NCBI GenBank assembly: GCA_012026655.1
Contig: JAAILG010000812.1
Span: 1 to 64,000, forward strand
DNA length: 64,000 nucleotides
Origin: Hydrolagus affinis
Taxonomy: Eukaryota
Reading direction: 5' to 3'
Made by a program: the position numbers and the translations under genes. Numbering within the stretch: position 1 is the first letter of the stretch; every line of letters starts with the position of its first letter. Positions 11,061 to 25,165 of the stretch are shown in pieces. The notes under the pieces are model-generated. The model made no database searches and was not told where the DNA came from. It saw only the letters and a program-made list of their open reading frames with translations.

Positions 11061-12659
11061 TCAAAGTTATAGTTGCTGGAGCGGGGGTGGGGGTGGGTGG
11101 GGGGGTGGCCAACGGGATATAGGGAGTTTCCCAACCCTTCTTGCTCTTACAATTGCATCAAGCTTTTAATGATAGCTGATTAGTCAGTTTTGAAAATCAC
11201 CATCGAAACTACAAAACCAATCAGGATCAATACAATAAGTCTTGTTGGCTGTGCCTCTGCAGTTGACTTCCAGTCTTGAAAAATATTGGTAAAACTGGAA
11301 ATAACAATTTGATAGAGTTTATTTTATAGTGCTAATGAAACACAAATCTACTGGAAATTCTTACAAGTATTCTTAGCCTTAGGAACAAAAACTTAAATGC
11401 TGAACAGCTGTTATGTGTCTAGGTGACAAGACAAAGGCTCAGTTGGAGACTGCCTAGAACAAGCAATTATAGATGATGCATGACCGTATTTACAATCACG
11501 TCAATCATTGAGGGTGTGGGTGGTGTTTGCGAGTTTCAACTTTTCAATGTAACCATGGTGATACATTTTAATTACTTTTGCAAGAGATGGTTAAGCAAAG
11601 TGCTAGTGCAGCAAGAGCTATAGAGAGATAGGATCCATTCCTTCCCATATTCTGAGTTTCTAATCTCGGTCAGACCTTCGGTGAACAGTGATTGAAGATG
11701 AGCCTCAGGTCAGACTAATGGGTAGTTGCAGAGAGGTTTAGTTAGAGGGTTGGGAACAAGTTACTGAACCAATCTTCTCAGGCACAGAATTTAAAAATCT
11801 TTACATTCGTGCTTTTCATGTCATGAAGACAGCTCAAAATACTTCACAAAATATCATGTAAAATATAGTGATAGCATACTTTGCAGGCAAAATGTAGCCA
11901 TGTATTGGAGTTTCAGTGGTCACCAATTTGTATGGTAGGACAACAAATATGTTTTTCTTTATTGAATTTTTCTTCTTTTATGGCCATGCCATGGATATTC
12001 TGTCTCAGCAGCTACTGGAACTTTGGTGTGGACTTGACTGGAGCGGTGCCGGTGTTTTCTTAGTCACTTATTGTTGTTCCAAGAAGTTGATCGTGAGTTC
12101 AAAATCCTGACATGAGGGTGAACCCATAGCCAGGCTGATATACTGACTGGGGATGGGGTGGGGTGGGAGTGAGGGCGAGAATAAGTGATAAAGAAACGCA
12201 ACTGCGGTCACATTGTGCCCATGATAATCTGCCCAAAACAATAGTTGTTAAAACTGTAGTTGCAGAAACTAAAATTGCTAAACATCAACAACAGCAACAA
12301 ACATCAACATCAAAATTACATTTGTATAGTGCCTTTCACGTCGGGAGGACATCCCAAAGTGCGGGACAGTTAGTACCAATTCCTAAAGCCTTAATCCCTG
12401 GCTGGGTGCAGCCTTTTAAATTTTAATTTGTCATTTTATATTTAAGGAAGAATAATATTGTGAGGTAATGAATGAATTGCTGCTCCATCAGTTGGGAATA
12501 ATCTTGCCCAACCTTGCCTGAAATTGTAGTTGAATCAGATTGTATAGATGCATTCAAGAGGAAGCTAGACATTCGAATCGGTGGAGTAGGTGGAGACTTG
12601 TATGGAATATAAACACTGGGAGATACCACTTGGGCTAAGTGAGGCCCTCCTAATTGGTT

Positions 12660-13422
12660 CATACCAACGCCTTCATGCATCAGGCACTGAACTCACCAAG
12701 CCAGTCAGTAACCCTCCCCTCGGTGTCTTGTTCGATTCTCAACTGTATTTCCGCCCTCACATTCCAGCAATGACCTGCTCTGCCTTCCCGCACCTCCGCA
12801 ATATTGCCTGACTCCACCATTACCTCACCTCCCCAGGCCGCTGAAACCCTCATTCATGCCTTCATCACATCCCGACTCGACTACACCAATGACCTACTTG
12901 TCAGCCTTCCAAATTCCTCCCTCCATAGGTTGCAGATATCCAGAACTCAAGCGCTCCAAGCTTCGTGACCCCATCTCCCCCATTCATGCCCGACTCCATT
13001 GGCTCCCCATCACCCTGAGGATCCAATTCAACATCCTGGTCCTCACATTCAAAGCTCTCCACGGCCTTGCCGCACCTTACCTCTTCACCTCCTAATTCCC
13101 TACCAACCTGCCTACTCCCTCCACTCAGCAGGCTCCGGCCTGCTCCACGTCCCCCACCATTAGCGGGCGAACCTTCAGCCACTCTGCCCCCAAACTCTGG
13201 AATTCCATCTACAGTCCCTCCACCTCGACCCCTCTCTTTCCTCTTTCAAGTCCCACCTCAAGACCCTCCTCTTCAATGATCCCATCGGTCACCCCAAACC
13301 CCCCCATTCCGTCCATCCTCCCTGTCCCTGACCCCATCTCAGGTCTGAAACAATGACTGTCTAATGCCTTGGGATGTCATCCTGACATGAAAGATGCTCT
13401 ACAAGTATAATTATGTTGTTTG
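12660..13422 (+). mobile_element. 5'-truncated L2 LINE
   Basis: LGVLFDSQL...LHWLPITLRIQFNILVLTFKALHGLA; 3' end CCTGACATGAAAGATGCTCTACAAG plus (TTG)n. Confidence 0.9.
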
Positions 13423-15909
13423 TTGTAAGTGGCCAGTTTTCATACTGCACATTTGTTGGAAATCTTTGTAAGGTACAATAGAGATGCGAAGAGATTCTAG
13501 GATAATATTGGAGATTAGTGGTCTTGACAAATAATTACTTAACATATTAATAATTAACATATACTGTATAGCATTTTGTTTGGAGCACAGCATATTGGCA
13601 TTTTCTCGTAACATTTCATCTAAAATTATACAAGCTTCCTGTAACACCTATCACACTTAGATGGAGATCCTGGAACTCAGATCCTGGAATTTTTAATAGA
13701 AATTAAATCCTATTTAATTAGGATTGTCATTCTACTGGTGAGCCTGGCACTAGCTTACAAGCAGAATCATACCTAACTTCACTAAAACAACAATTTAAAC
13801 AGTAATTTATTGCTGATCACATCAGGTCGAATGGCTTTCTTCTGAGCTTTAAATTTCTATGGTTCTACAATTCAATTCTATATCATAGAATCACAGAACA
13901 GTACAGCATAGGACTGGGATATTTAGCCCATCGAGTCTACCTGAGTGTTTTTCTTATCATTAGCTACCTAGTTTAATTCTAATCTTGATTTGCATCCCAT
14001 ATGCTTTATTATAGAGCAATCTCATGGCAAAACACTTTTCAGGAGCTTTGGGGTGCAGCACTTAGAAGAGCTGTGATACATGTCTGACTTTCATTGGCCT
14101 GCTTCCTACTCCAAGAAGTCCAAGTTACCAGGTTGTTGTTGAGGTCACTTAATGCACACTTCATGCAAGAAACACCAGTTCCTGGTGCGTTGTGCATGAA
14201 GCACCACTGTTGATGTCACAAGCACTGCAGATGCATAGAGTAGATGTGCAGCACACAAGAAATGACACAGCACATTATTTAATGCACCTCCCTATTTGCA
14301 GGGTCTGAATTATGGACTCAAACCATCGCACTATAATGAAGTCATCCTGCATTTCTCGTTTTCAACCTCTTGTAATTCCCTTTCAAAATAATTTATACAC
14401 TCTGCTTGATCCACATCTATGCCAGAGAATTCTACATTCCAGCTGCCTTCAGTATAAACCTCTTTTTGCATGAGTGCTTTGATTTTTTTCCCCCCAACAT
14501 TTACTGACTGACTACTGGAAAACTCAATTGCTATTTGCCTGACTGTAACCCTTTATAATTGTGAAGACTTTTATCAGATCATAGAGTGTGCCCTGATAGT
14601 AAAACCTACCACAGCAGGAAGTAGATAGAGACAGCAGATGGTATTGATAGGCAGCTATCATGTAAAGCATCTGTCACAACCTGTGTTGTTGCCCTTAAAC
14701 CACTGTTATAGGGTTTCTCAACACGACAGCTAGTTGTGTGTGAGGGCACAGCTTAGCCTCTAACTAAAGATACATAAAGCCTTCACACTGCTTGGCTGCT
14801 ACCATTCACTCAACGAATCAAAGTAGTGTAAAATGAAAATAAATAATGGCTGATCCTCCTCGCACCTATTCTCTTGCAGTTAGAGCTTGAAATATATATT
14901 TGCAAACACGTTTATCCGGAATCTCTCAGGTGGCTAATTATAGTGCTGATCTGGATTATGCTTCCATCCATTTTAGATCTATTTGCATGAATTTATGATG
15001 CAAGGATAGGCACTGTATTACAGCTGAAGTGAAGTACCATTCTGCTTTACTAAGCTGAAATCCTGAAGTCTGCTTCTCCTATATCTTTAAGAGGATTCAT
15101 ATGATTGGGATTCCCCATTCTGCGGCAACAAAATCCTTCCTCCAAATCTAGGTGTGTCCACATGTACTTGCTCAACATCCTATTCTTCATTCACCTTGAG
15201 GTCATTGCTGGATTTGTGTATAATGTTGCGTTGCCCAACCTGCTTATGATTTCCTAATCCTGTCCCACTAATGCTACACATATATCACACTGGGCAAAAC
15301 TATACAGCAAGTCTAAAATCCATCTTATTTATCCATATAATTTTGTTTGAACCTCATTTGTCCTTTTGAGATTCAAAGAAATGTATAATTATGCATACAG
15401 TGAAATTTGGTTAATTGCATATCAGATAATTGAATAGTTCATTGTATTGAATAGAATTTAGTAATCCCCAAATAACTGAACAATTTATGTAATAACTAAC
15501 CATTTTTATAAAACAAAACATTGAATCTGAGTTTGAATAAATGCATGGTGCCAAATTATTACCTGTACAGTACAGTGTGAATTTGTTGTTGTCCTCTCCT
15601 CCTCCCCCTTCCATTCACTCCACAGGTAATTGGTATATTGGCCATGTGCAGGTGAGGTCATGTTTGATTAGTGGAGGAAAGTGGTTCTGGTTCCATTGTT
15701 GTTGGAGTCTGCAAATCTCAAACTCTGGGAGATGAGTTTCCTATTCTGTTTAGTCTGGTTATATGATTAGTTTAGTTTATTGAATAATTTTCACTGTCAA
15801 GTTGACTATTCATTTCACAGAATTTCACTGTATATGAAATACCTGAGAGAAACTATAGTTATCCAATTGAAAACATTCTTAGTTCTGCATATCATGAAAT
15901 GAATATGGG

Positions 15910-16022
15910 CAGGGATTCTCCTATTACCCCTGCAAGCCAAAGCCATAAAGGGTAGTATCGTCCTTGTAGGACAAGCATCAGGAAACTTGCCAGACAGTGC
16001 TTTCAGTGGCAAGCTGTGTCAT
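15910..16022 (+). repeat. Fragment of family X
   Basis: CCCTGCAAGCCAAAGCCATAA...CTTGCCAGACAGTGCTTTCA matches the 6.9-kb and 10.5-kb copies. Confidence 0.6.
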
Positions 16023-18399
16023 TATAGCTAGTTAAACTGTTGGCCAGGACACTGGGAGAAACTCTTTAGTCTTTTCAAATTGTGCCATGGGATCTTTAAC
16101 CACCACCTAAACAGGCAGACAGGTCCTTGATCTAATGTTTTATCTTAGGGACATCATATCAAACATTGGGATGTTCCCCAATGTGAAGGGCGCTATGCAA
16201 TTTTGTTTTGTTGTTGCTGTTGCTGCAACACTCAGTGTCACATTGGATTGTCAGTCTAGCCAATGGGAACCCAGTCGCTTTTCTCAACATCAGCCAAACA
16301 AGGATTAATATAAGAAACACATGGTTTCCATTCACAAGATTAGTACAGTACAACCATTTTATTAATGTTGTTATTTTCAACACTAAGTTTTTTTTGCTTT
16401 ATTCAGGTTCACTAATTGTCTGACAACTTGCAGTAAGATATTTAAAGAACAATAAACATGTCTACGGCATGAGTATTACTGCCATAAACAAAGAGTTGAA
16501 AATCTGCATGTATCCTATATTTACGGGATCAAAATCTATGATTTTCCTACAGCTATTTTTTTTAATTAAGAAACACAAAATGTGTTTCAGTAACACCAGT
16601 CACCTTATCCCCATTCAGTAATACATTTTACATATTTACTTCTTTTGGAACATTCAGGTTAATTAACGTATAAAAAATAACTAATTGGAACGGTTTTCCT
16701 CCCATCATTAAAATGAATGCGTGAATAGTATGTTGAGGAAAATCAGAGCTTTTGCAGAACATTGATAAAAATAGAGGTTGCAGATTGTCTCATCACACTG
16801 CAAGTGGCAATAACAGTTGGTGTAAACAACTCTGAAGCAAGCAATTAAGACATTTAATTGATGATAGAAGTAAATTAAGCCAGGATCTAAATATAACATT
16901 TCCATCTATCTCTGCAGTTTCCAAAACCTGGGGTATTTTATTATCATTTCAAGGCATGACCCTTTACTCTCTTTTCACTACAACACATACAAGAAAAATG
17001 TATGCTTCCAGCCCATTTTTGACATGGAAGTTTTTATTTTTCAGTTGGATTCTGCAGAGCAGTGGTAGAGGATGTCCAGATGGGAAAGCAATAGATAATT
17101 ATAAACTGAAATTCCACCATTTCGTTATAGTTTAAATGTGAGATTCATTATCATTTTAAACTAGTTATGAAACATTACAAATATCACTGCTGCAGTTACT
17201 AAATTAATTCATAGACAATGAAGTCAGCAATCTGCCAACTGGAGTTTGGATGATCCCACTTGTTTATTACAAGGAAAATTGGGATATTTCATGATCTATT
17301 TAATGTGTTCTTTACTGCAAATTCCAGGTAATTACTAATTACTAATGATCGTTTCATGATGGGTAAACCTGTACAAAATTTTCTCTGCCTGCCAGCATTT
17401 TTGCTGCTGCCAAGCAGCAGCCATTTTGATGTCCACTGATATGTGTCTTCAAATTGTCTTATGTGTATTTCTTTTTTTTTTAAAAAGATAGTTTTACCTT
17501 CCTAAGGAAGAGACTGAAAAATAACATTATGATTTGTGAATTGTGTGTTCCAGGCCAATCTCAACTTGTCTTTCATACCTATGCACTTTGCACTAGCTCA
17601 AGGAGCACAACATTTGAAGCCAGGAAAATGGCAACTCCCTTTGAAAGAAAACAGGAATTGGAAGACATTGGATGAAGCTGAAGCCAGATAAATATAATAA
17701 ATCATAAGCTATAAGCAGATGCTTTATCAAATGCAAGGATTATTACATTATCATTTTGCCATTTACTAGCCGTCAATGACAGCATTATATGGCTCTGAAC
17801 TGACCCAAGTATCAAAAAGTAATCAGAGTGATACATCCACAACCCGCTTAAATCTTTCATTGTACAGACTGATTACCTTGTCAACTGGGTCATTTAACAA
17901 CTTCCTTTTTCTAACTGGTGTTTTAAAGTAGTGAAACTCAGGCATCACTTTGCTTCTGTGAAGATTCTTTGAATTTTTCCCATGTTCCCTAGTTAGGCCC
18001 ATTTAATGTCCAATGCTTTCCTTTAATGGTTACTCGACCAACAGAAGGAAAATTACCAAACTCTGTACAGATCAGGCTTTACACAGTGGCATTTATTGAT
18101 GTGCAACTGTGATTTGGTTAGAGGAGACCAGCACCGTCCACAATGACTTCTTAACATTTCCAATATTTCTACAAATTAAAATACCCCAAATTGTTGCATG
18201 TACTTCTCATAAGTCATGTATTGGCTGCTGTATGCTACAAACTATTTGAAATCATGGACTAATCTATATTAAGACATACAGTCCTGATACATTTGGTTAA
18301 CCACCAAGACGGAAAATGATCATGTGAGTAATTTAACTCATGAAATCACCAAACATTATGCAGGTGCTTTTACCCAGTGGAACTGAACAGGTGTCATTG

Positions 18400-18800
18400 A
18401 ATTCTTCATATCAGCTACATGCTGGCTGGCTGATCTGTCTATTGCCAGCAAACAAACCAGTTTGGCTCATAGGCAGGATCTGAAGGGGAGACAGTCACCT
18501 AGGGCAGAAATTCTTTCCACTTGGATCCTTTTTACTCTGTGAGCCAAAGCATTAATTGGCAAAATGGTCCTAGTCGAAGAAGGAGCAGGAAGGTTGGCAG
18601 ACTCTCAATTACAAGCTATGCAATTTTAGCTGGTCATTCTCCAGAACTACCTAAACACACACTCTGAGGTCCCCAAGCTTCAGTCTTACCACCATATGCT
18701 TAATACTCTCCAGAATTAAGTAAGCAAGGTGCATCCATTGAAGGAGACTGTGTGCCATTCCAGACATAGGTAGATTTCAGTGTATAGCTTGCAGACAGGT
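18400..18800 (+). repeat. Diverged copy of family X
   Basis: Frame TSLAHRQDL...ILFTL*AKALIGKMVL aligns with TSMAQR*DL...LLLTLQANAIMGKVDL at 10.6 kb; shares CTCTGAGGTCCC. Confidence 0.55.
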
Positions 18801-18844
18801 ATTGATCTCTCTGTTTGGTTTGTTTACTCTTAAGCATGATAAGA

Positions 18845-18995
18845 GGGGAGTGGGATTGATTTGGGTTTGACAGTGGGATTCAGTGGGATAAACATTTGGG
18901 GAAGTGGGATTGATTTGGATAGCTCTTTTCAAACAGCTGGACACAAAGGCCCGAATGGCTTCCTCTGTGCTGTGTTTCTATGATTCTATGATTAT
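18845..18995 (+). mobile_element. CR1 3' end
   Basis: CCGAATGGCTTCCTCTGTGCTG plus TTCTATGATTCTATGA tail. Confidence 0.75.
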
Positions 18996-19039
18996 GGGTT
19001 CCGACCTATGTGTGAGACCTGGCTGACCAAAATAAATAA

Positions 19040-19358
19040 TATTAATAATATAATAATAATAATCCTTGCATTTGATACAGTGCTTTTCACATCTTCTAGA
19101 CATCTCAAAGCGAATATACTGTATAGTGAATTAATTGTATATTTGTGGGCGAAACACGGCAGCCAATTGTGCACTGTAGTGTCCCAAAAACAGTCATGGA
19201 TTGAAATGACCAATTTATCATAGTTTTTTTTGATGGATTATTATTAGACGTGAGGAGTAAGGAAAGTTGCCCAAGGTTTCACCCTGACCTGCCTGGATTC
19301 GAAACACAGGTCTCACGCTTCTAAGGTGAGTGCTCTAGCCATTGAGCTACAGGTCTCC
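19040..19358 (-). mobile_element. Full-length tRNA-derived SINE, younger family
   Basis: Reverse complement has A-box TAGCTCAATGG, B-box GTTTCGAATCC, Deu-like body and (TAT)n tail. Confidence 0.9.
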
Positions 19359-20734
19359 AGGATAGAGGCATTTAAATCTATTTCTTTGCAGAGGATGATT
19401 TTCAATGGGGATGAAAATCAGTAATGTCTGTATTGTAACAGCTATTTGTGTTCCAGAATGTCACAAAAAAGAGCATGCTTAAAATCTACCCAAATATAAT
19501 TTTTTGAAAAAAATTCTAAATTTTGGCAATAACACTTCTCCACGGGTCCACAAAATTCACAATTACCATACTTTACAGTAAATCATGTGAAGGGCTTTGA
19601 GACACTATGGAAAACGCTATGTCAAACACAAGGATTATTATTATTTATTTTGAAGGAAACTGGGAAGTTTACAAAAGCGCAGTCTGGATACTGAAGATAA
19701 CCCACAAAATGACCTTCTTAAAATTAATGAACCGAACTGAAATTTACAGAGCAGTTGTACGTTTGTAGAATTGTATTTTAAGTACTATGCAACATTCATT
19801 CAAAGACAACAAAGTAGCATTCGGCATGACAATGAGCAGCTTTATTATATTGCTGCCTTTTATAGGCCTGTATAAAAATGTTAAGAAACCCTTTTTATTA
19901 ATTTCCATTGTCATGGCTACATCTTTCATAATTATGTTACACTAAACAGCAAATATCATAGATTAATGTATTTTATATAAATAAAACAAACAGGATAATC
20001 ATAGTGAGATCACAGAGATAAAATACAACACGTGTGTCCAATCAGTTATCCACTGCAGATGAACAATGTACCAGTTCAACCAAAAATATATATTGTATGA
20101 TTTCCGGCTTTATTTGTAGAGTTACGAGGACGTGGATAGAGCATTCATTTAATTCCATTTAGTTTGAGCTTTGCATGTAATGCTATTATTTGTAAGCATG
20201 ATTTTGAGACAATTTAGCCAAGGTCTGCAATATACTATTAGATGAACAAGCACAATGAAGATTCATGACCCTGAAACATTACTGGAGAAGAATGAAACCA
20301 CTTATATATTCCTGGAATAAATACCTCACTTTCAAAGAGCCAAGACTCATGATGAGCATTATGGAACTAGAAGTTACATTAGAGCCTTGAAACAGCAGTT
20401 ATCATTTCAATAATATTAATCATTCACTTTGTGACTAAGTGTGGGACAATGGCTTCTGTATTCGCTTACAAAATACAGTCACTGTATTATCACAGCAAAT
20501 CTCATGAAACTATTTGAAACATATCTCCAATATGAAGCGTGCTGTATCAAATACAAGGATTATTATTTTTCCATCAATAATGATAACAATAGTGTTTTAT
20601 AATGTTATCAAGACTTCTGAAAGCTTCACAGGATTTACTGGAAAGTGAAGACACTGTGTATAAGATTTTAAATAGAAATGAAAAACCTAGATCAATATTT
20701 TAGGAAGCAGCAAGATAGTAGAAGACAAATACAT

Positions 20735-22365
20735 ACCCCATCCCCACCCTTCTCCTTACCACCCAACTCCACTTTCTAGCCCCATTAATCGCCGACACCA
20801 TTAACCTGTCCCTTTCATCTGGCACCATTCCCACTCCCCTCAAAACTGCCACAATGATCCCCATCCTAAAGAAACCTTTGCCTTGATGTGTTGCAGCACT
20901 CAAGCTACCAGCCTATCTCCAACCTCCCTTTCCTGTCCAAGGTCCTCAAAAGAGTGGTTGCCTCCCATCTCCGCTCTTTCCTCTCAACCCACTCACTCTT
21001 TGAACACCTCCAATCGGGTTTCCATGCTGCCCACAGCACGGAAACTGCTCTGCTCAAGCTCACAAATGACATCCTGACCATCTGTGACCAGGGCTCCCTC
21101 TGCCTCCTCATCCTCCTTGATCTATCTGCCGCCTTTGACACCATGGACCACGCAATACTTCTCTACCGCCTCTCCTCCCATCTCAACCTTCAAGGCTCTG
21201 TCCTTGATTGGTTCCAGTCATACCTCTTACACTCCCTTCACTTTGTCTCCTCCAATGGCTTTTCCTCCAGCCCTCACACAGTATCATGCAGCATTCCCCA
21301 GGGCTCTGTCCTTGGCCCTCTACTCTTCACCCTCTACATGCTCCCCCTCGGTGACATCATCCGCAGACATGGGGTAAATTTCCACATGTATGCGGATGAC
21401 ACCCAACTCTACCTTTCCGCTTCCACCCTCGACTCTGACTACATGTCTGTCCAACATTGAGTCCTGGACAAGGGACAACTTCCTCCAACTAAACATCAAC
21501 AAGACTGAGGTCCTCCTGATTGACTTGCATCAACGCCACCCACCTCAGGTGCTGGCAACATCAGCATTCAAGGCTGCACTCTCCACCTCTTGAAGCCAGT
21601 CAGGAATCTTGTCATCTTCTTTGACCCCAAACTGTCCTTCCTCCTCCAGATCCGTTCCATGACAGGTTCCACCTTCCACCACCTAACCAACATTGTCAGA
21701 CTCCACCACTACCTCACCCCCCATGCTGCCGAGACACGTGTCCATTAATTCATCACATCTAGGCTCGACTAAAGGAACTCTCTCCTTGTTGGCCTTCCCA
21801 GCTCCTCCCTTCACAAGCTGCAGATTATTCGGAACTTTGCAGCTCGTGTGCTCTCCTTCACTAGGCTCCGCGACCACATCACTCCCACTGTTGCCCGTCT
21901 CCATTGGCACCCCATACCCTAGAGGATCAAATTCAAGTTCCTCATCTTCATTTTCAAGGCCATTCAAGACCTTGCCCCAGCCTATCTCTATGCCTTGCTG
22001 TCCCCCTATCAGCCTGCCCATACCCTCCATTCAGCAGGCTCTGGCCTGCTCCATGTCCCCCGCCCGAACCGCCCAACCATCGGTGGCCAGTCTTTCAGCC
22101 TCTCTGCCCCCACACTCTGGAACTCCATCCTGCAATCCCTTCACCTCGCTTCCTCCCTTTTCTCCTTCAAGGCTGGTCTCAAGACCTTCCTCTTCGACCA
22201 TGCCTTCTGCTCCCCTCCCAACACTCCCCCCTTTCCTACTCTTCTTCCACCTGCTCTGACCCCGACCCATCCCCCTGCTCGTGTCCCGACCTAGCTGTTC
22301 AGCGCCTTAAGACATCCTCCCGACATGAAAAGTGCTCTATAAAAGTAATGTTGTTATTGTTGTTT
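20735..22365 (+). mobile_element. 5'-truncated L2 LINE with RT domain (frameshifted)
   Basis: YQPISNLPFLSKVL...QSGF...HSTETAL...LLDLSAAFDT...PQGSVLGPLLF...YADDTQLY; L2 3' UTR and (TTG)n tail. Confidence 0.95.
20888..21460 (+). pseudogene. L2 ORF2 reverse transcriptase remnant
   Basis: Non-LTR RT motifs through YADD in a 190-aa open stretch, broken by frameshifts on both sides. Confidence 0.9.
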
Positions 22366-24874
22366 AGATTTGTAAAGGGACAATTTCAGTCAGATACCCG
22401 TTTTTCTTTGCACAGAGCATAATCAATGACTCAATCTGGTTACCACAGAAGGAAGTTGAGACCAGATACACTGGACTTATTCATAGAGCAACTTGATGCT
22501 GTGATGGCAGGAGGGTAAGGTGTGCATTGTGGAAGAATGAGATCAGATGGGCTCAAGGGCTTTCTTCAACCAAACCAATCTTGTGATTATACTATTGTGA
22601 TTAGATCCTAGTATTCTTATTAGTGTCTCTAATCATGTTACTACATTGACACATCTAGATATTGAAATGTTGTGTCTATTATACCAGATCCCTGTCTAAG
22701 GTCCTGCTCTCAATTCCATTCATTATATACTTAATTGTCTGCCTGTTCAGGTGCATGGTAAAGATTCCTAGGTAATAACTGAAAAAGCAGTATTTGTTCC
22801 AGTATCTTGGCCAAAATTCCCACAGATAAAATTGGTCATTCAGTTCATGGCACTTGTGGGACATCACTGTGCACAAATTATTTGCTACGTTCACCTTAAA
22901 ATTTAGTCATTTTGTAGTAAACTCCATGAAGTACAGTACCTTGAAACATCTTCTCGATGTGAAAGGCATTATATCAAATGCAAGGATTATTATTAAGACT
23001 CATATTTGTGTACTATATATTTATAGCATTTTCATTCCCACATCTCTCTAATTGCGTGACTGACCTAAATCCTCGCCATTTTTTCGTTGAATCCTGTCTC
23101 ACTACTGCTCCAATACTTTTGTATTCCCAACAAATATAAAAAAGTAAAATGTCTTCTGCAAGAATTTACAAATTATTGTAGTATGTTATGAAAGTATTGT
23201 GGCTTTACATAGACAAAATAGGATGCCAAGAGATACACTCTTTAATTAATACTTCAAGACTCCTGCATAATTTCTGAATACTCATATTTACATGTGCTGT
23301 TGTCAGCTGCATTACCATTTCTTCTGTATTCAAGTGGGAGCCTGTCATTGAGCATTAGACTAGCAAAGTTGCAAATCACTAAAGAGATTGCCAGACTAGC
23401 CTGCTGTGCTTCATTCTGGTGAATATATTCTATTAAGTTGCATTGAATAGCTTGACCTTTTAACACTATTTGTCATGCGGAAAGCTAACTTCTCTTCCGT
23501 TGTTGCTAGAAATTTTCTGCTTAATTTTTCTCTATTATAAGATAAGGGAAAAATTAAAAGGGGCATTCCCACTAGACAGTTTGTATCTGCATCAGTGCAT
23601 TCTATCAAGTGAAGCACACCACCAATGATGACAGTGTTTGCCTTTGGTGAGAATACCAGTTGTGTGTTTTGTTAAAAAAAAACTTCCTGGTATTTAAGGG
23701 CAGTCACATCTGTTCAGCTGGCAAGTCCAGGATGCAACACGACAGGATATTATGACAGATTACATGATAGAGATCAGAAGAGTGTCTGCTGCTGTGCTGA
23801 TGTTGTAACATAAGCATTGATGTGTGTTACCGTTACACACCGTCCATGCCTCCCCTGCACATCTCGTCATTCCCCATTCTTTGTACTTGAGCTGTATTCA
23901 GCACAGCTGGTTGACCTATATTTCTTTACTGTCAAGACTAACCTCTTTGGGAATAATCGTATGATCCAGCAAGAGGATTTGACCAACCCATCTCGAGCTG
24001 ATATTGAAGATGTTTGGAAAGGTCTCTGAGTGTCAAGTAATCTGAGGAAACGCCCAATAAATTGTAATCAAAACACTCTTCGCTGGCCCTTACACAGAGA
24101 AAGTGGCCTGAAGAGATAAATTGGTAATTTCAGGCTAGTTTAATGGTTGTTTTGACATCTATTAAATTGTGTAAATTATAGATATCAAGAAGGAACCATA
24201 TTTTCGAGGTAGCAACTACAGACTTTATTGGAATATAAATGTGGACAACCCTCAGCTCTCCTTCCTTCTTTACATTTATTCCTTGGTGAAGTCCACTTTT
24301 TTCACCTTTGCCCCAACACCAACCTATGCTCCATCAACCAGCAAATGCCACCAAAATGCTTATTTACCTGCTGGCTATACGTTTCAAATGCATTCTTTCT
24401 TAAGATCCCTAATTCCACCATCTATAAGTTCCAGCTAATTCAAATCTCAATCACTCGCAGCCTCATACACAGAGTCCTCAGAATACTATTTGTTGGCAAA
24501 ATACCTGCTCTAATATTTCCAGCATAACAAAGAATAACCTGAATCTGGACACCAACCAGTAAATATTAGTCCCAGCTATATTTTGCCTGAGGCACTATTC
24601 CCACAATTCCTGCAACATAATGCATCATGGATTATTAGGTTACAGGTTTGCCCTCCAATGTACCATATTATAAACTGCTGCCTCATCTGTGTTACCATGG
24701 CAAGTTGCTGAACGGATGGCAGTCTCTCCCAGTTCAGGAAGAAAGAAACAGACACACTATCTCCACTCTAATACACCACCTTGGAGATTGCTATAGGTGT
24801 GTTAGTCAAGGGGCAGATATCCAGGCTTTACAAAAATATGGGTGGATTAATATTGTGTCTGTTACATAGGCAAT

Positions 24875-25165
24875 CACAGACATTATGAGGGAGTCGATCA
24901 AGGCTGGGGAGGTTTCAATCGATTGGAAGCAAGCAAATGTTGTTCAGACATTCACGAAGGACATCACAGCTAAACCTGGCAACTATAGATTCATTAAGAC
25001 AAACAGGATGTTGGGCTATGTTACTTAAGTAGGTTACTGAGCTTAGATTCCCAGATATCATACTCAGGTTGTACAGTGCTGGGTAAGATCACACCTAAAT
25101 ATTGCATATGGCTCTGGTCACTGTGACATAAAGAGGATACAGCAGTGGTCACCAAAACATTTCTT
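24875..25165 (+). mobile_element. Internally deleted old CR1 ORF2 fragment
   Basis: DWKQANVV...KPGNYR joined directly to NRMLGY...LRLYSA..VRSHL.YC (pre-RT and post-RT motifs). Confidence 0.7.

Noticed and set aside
20888-21460. RT ORF as a functional or novel reverse transcriptase (likewise 61181-61726)
   Set aside because: Ordinary L2 and CR1 ORF2 remnants with frameshifts and stops
21693-22422. Long Pro/Ser-rich ORFs (also 54631-55274)
   Set aside because: Alternative frames of C-rich L2 sequence
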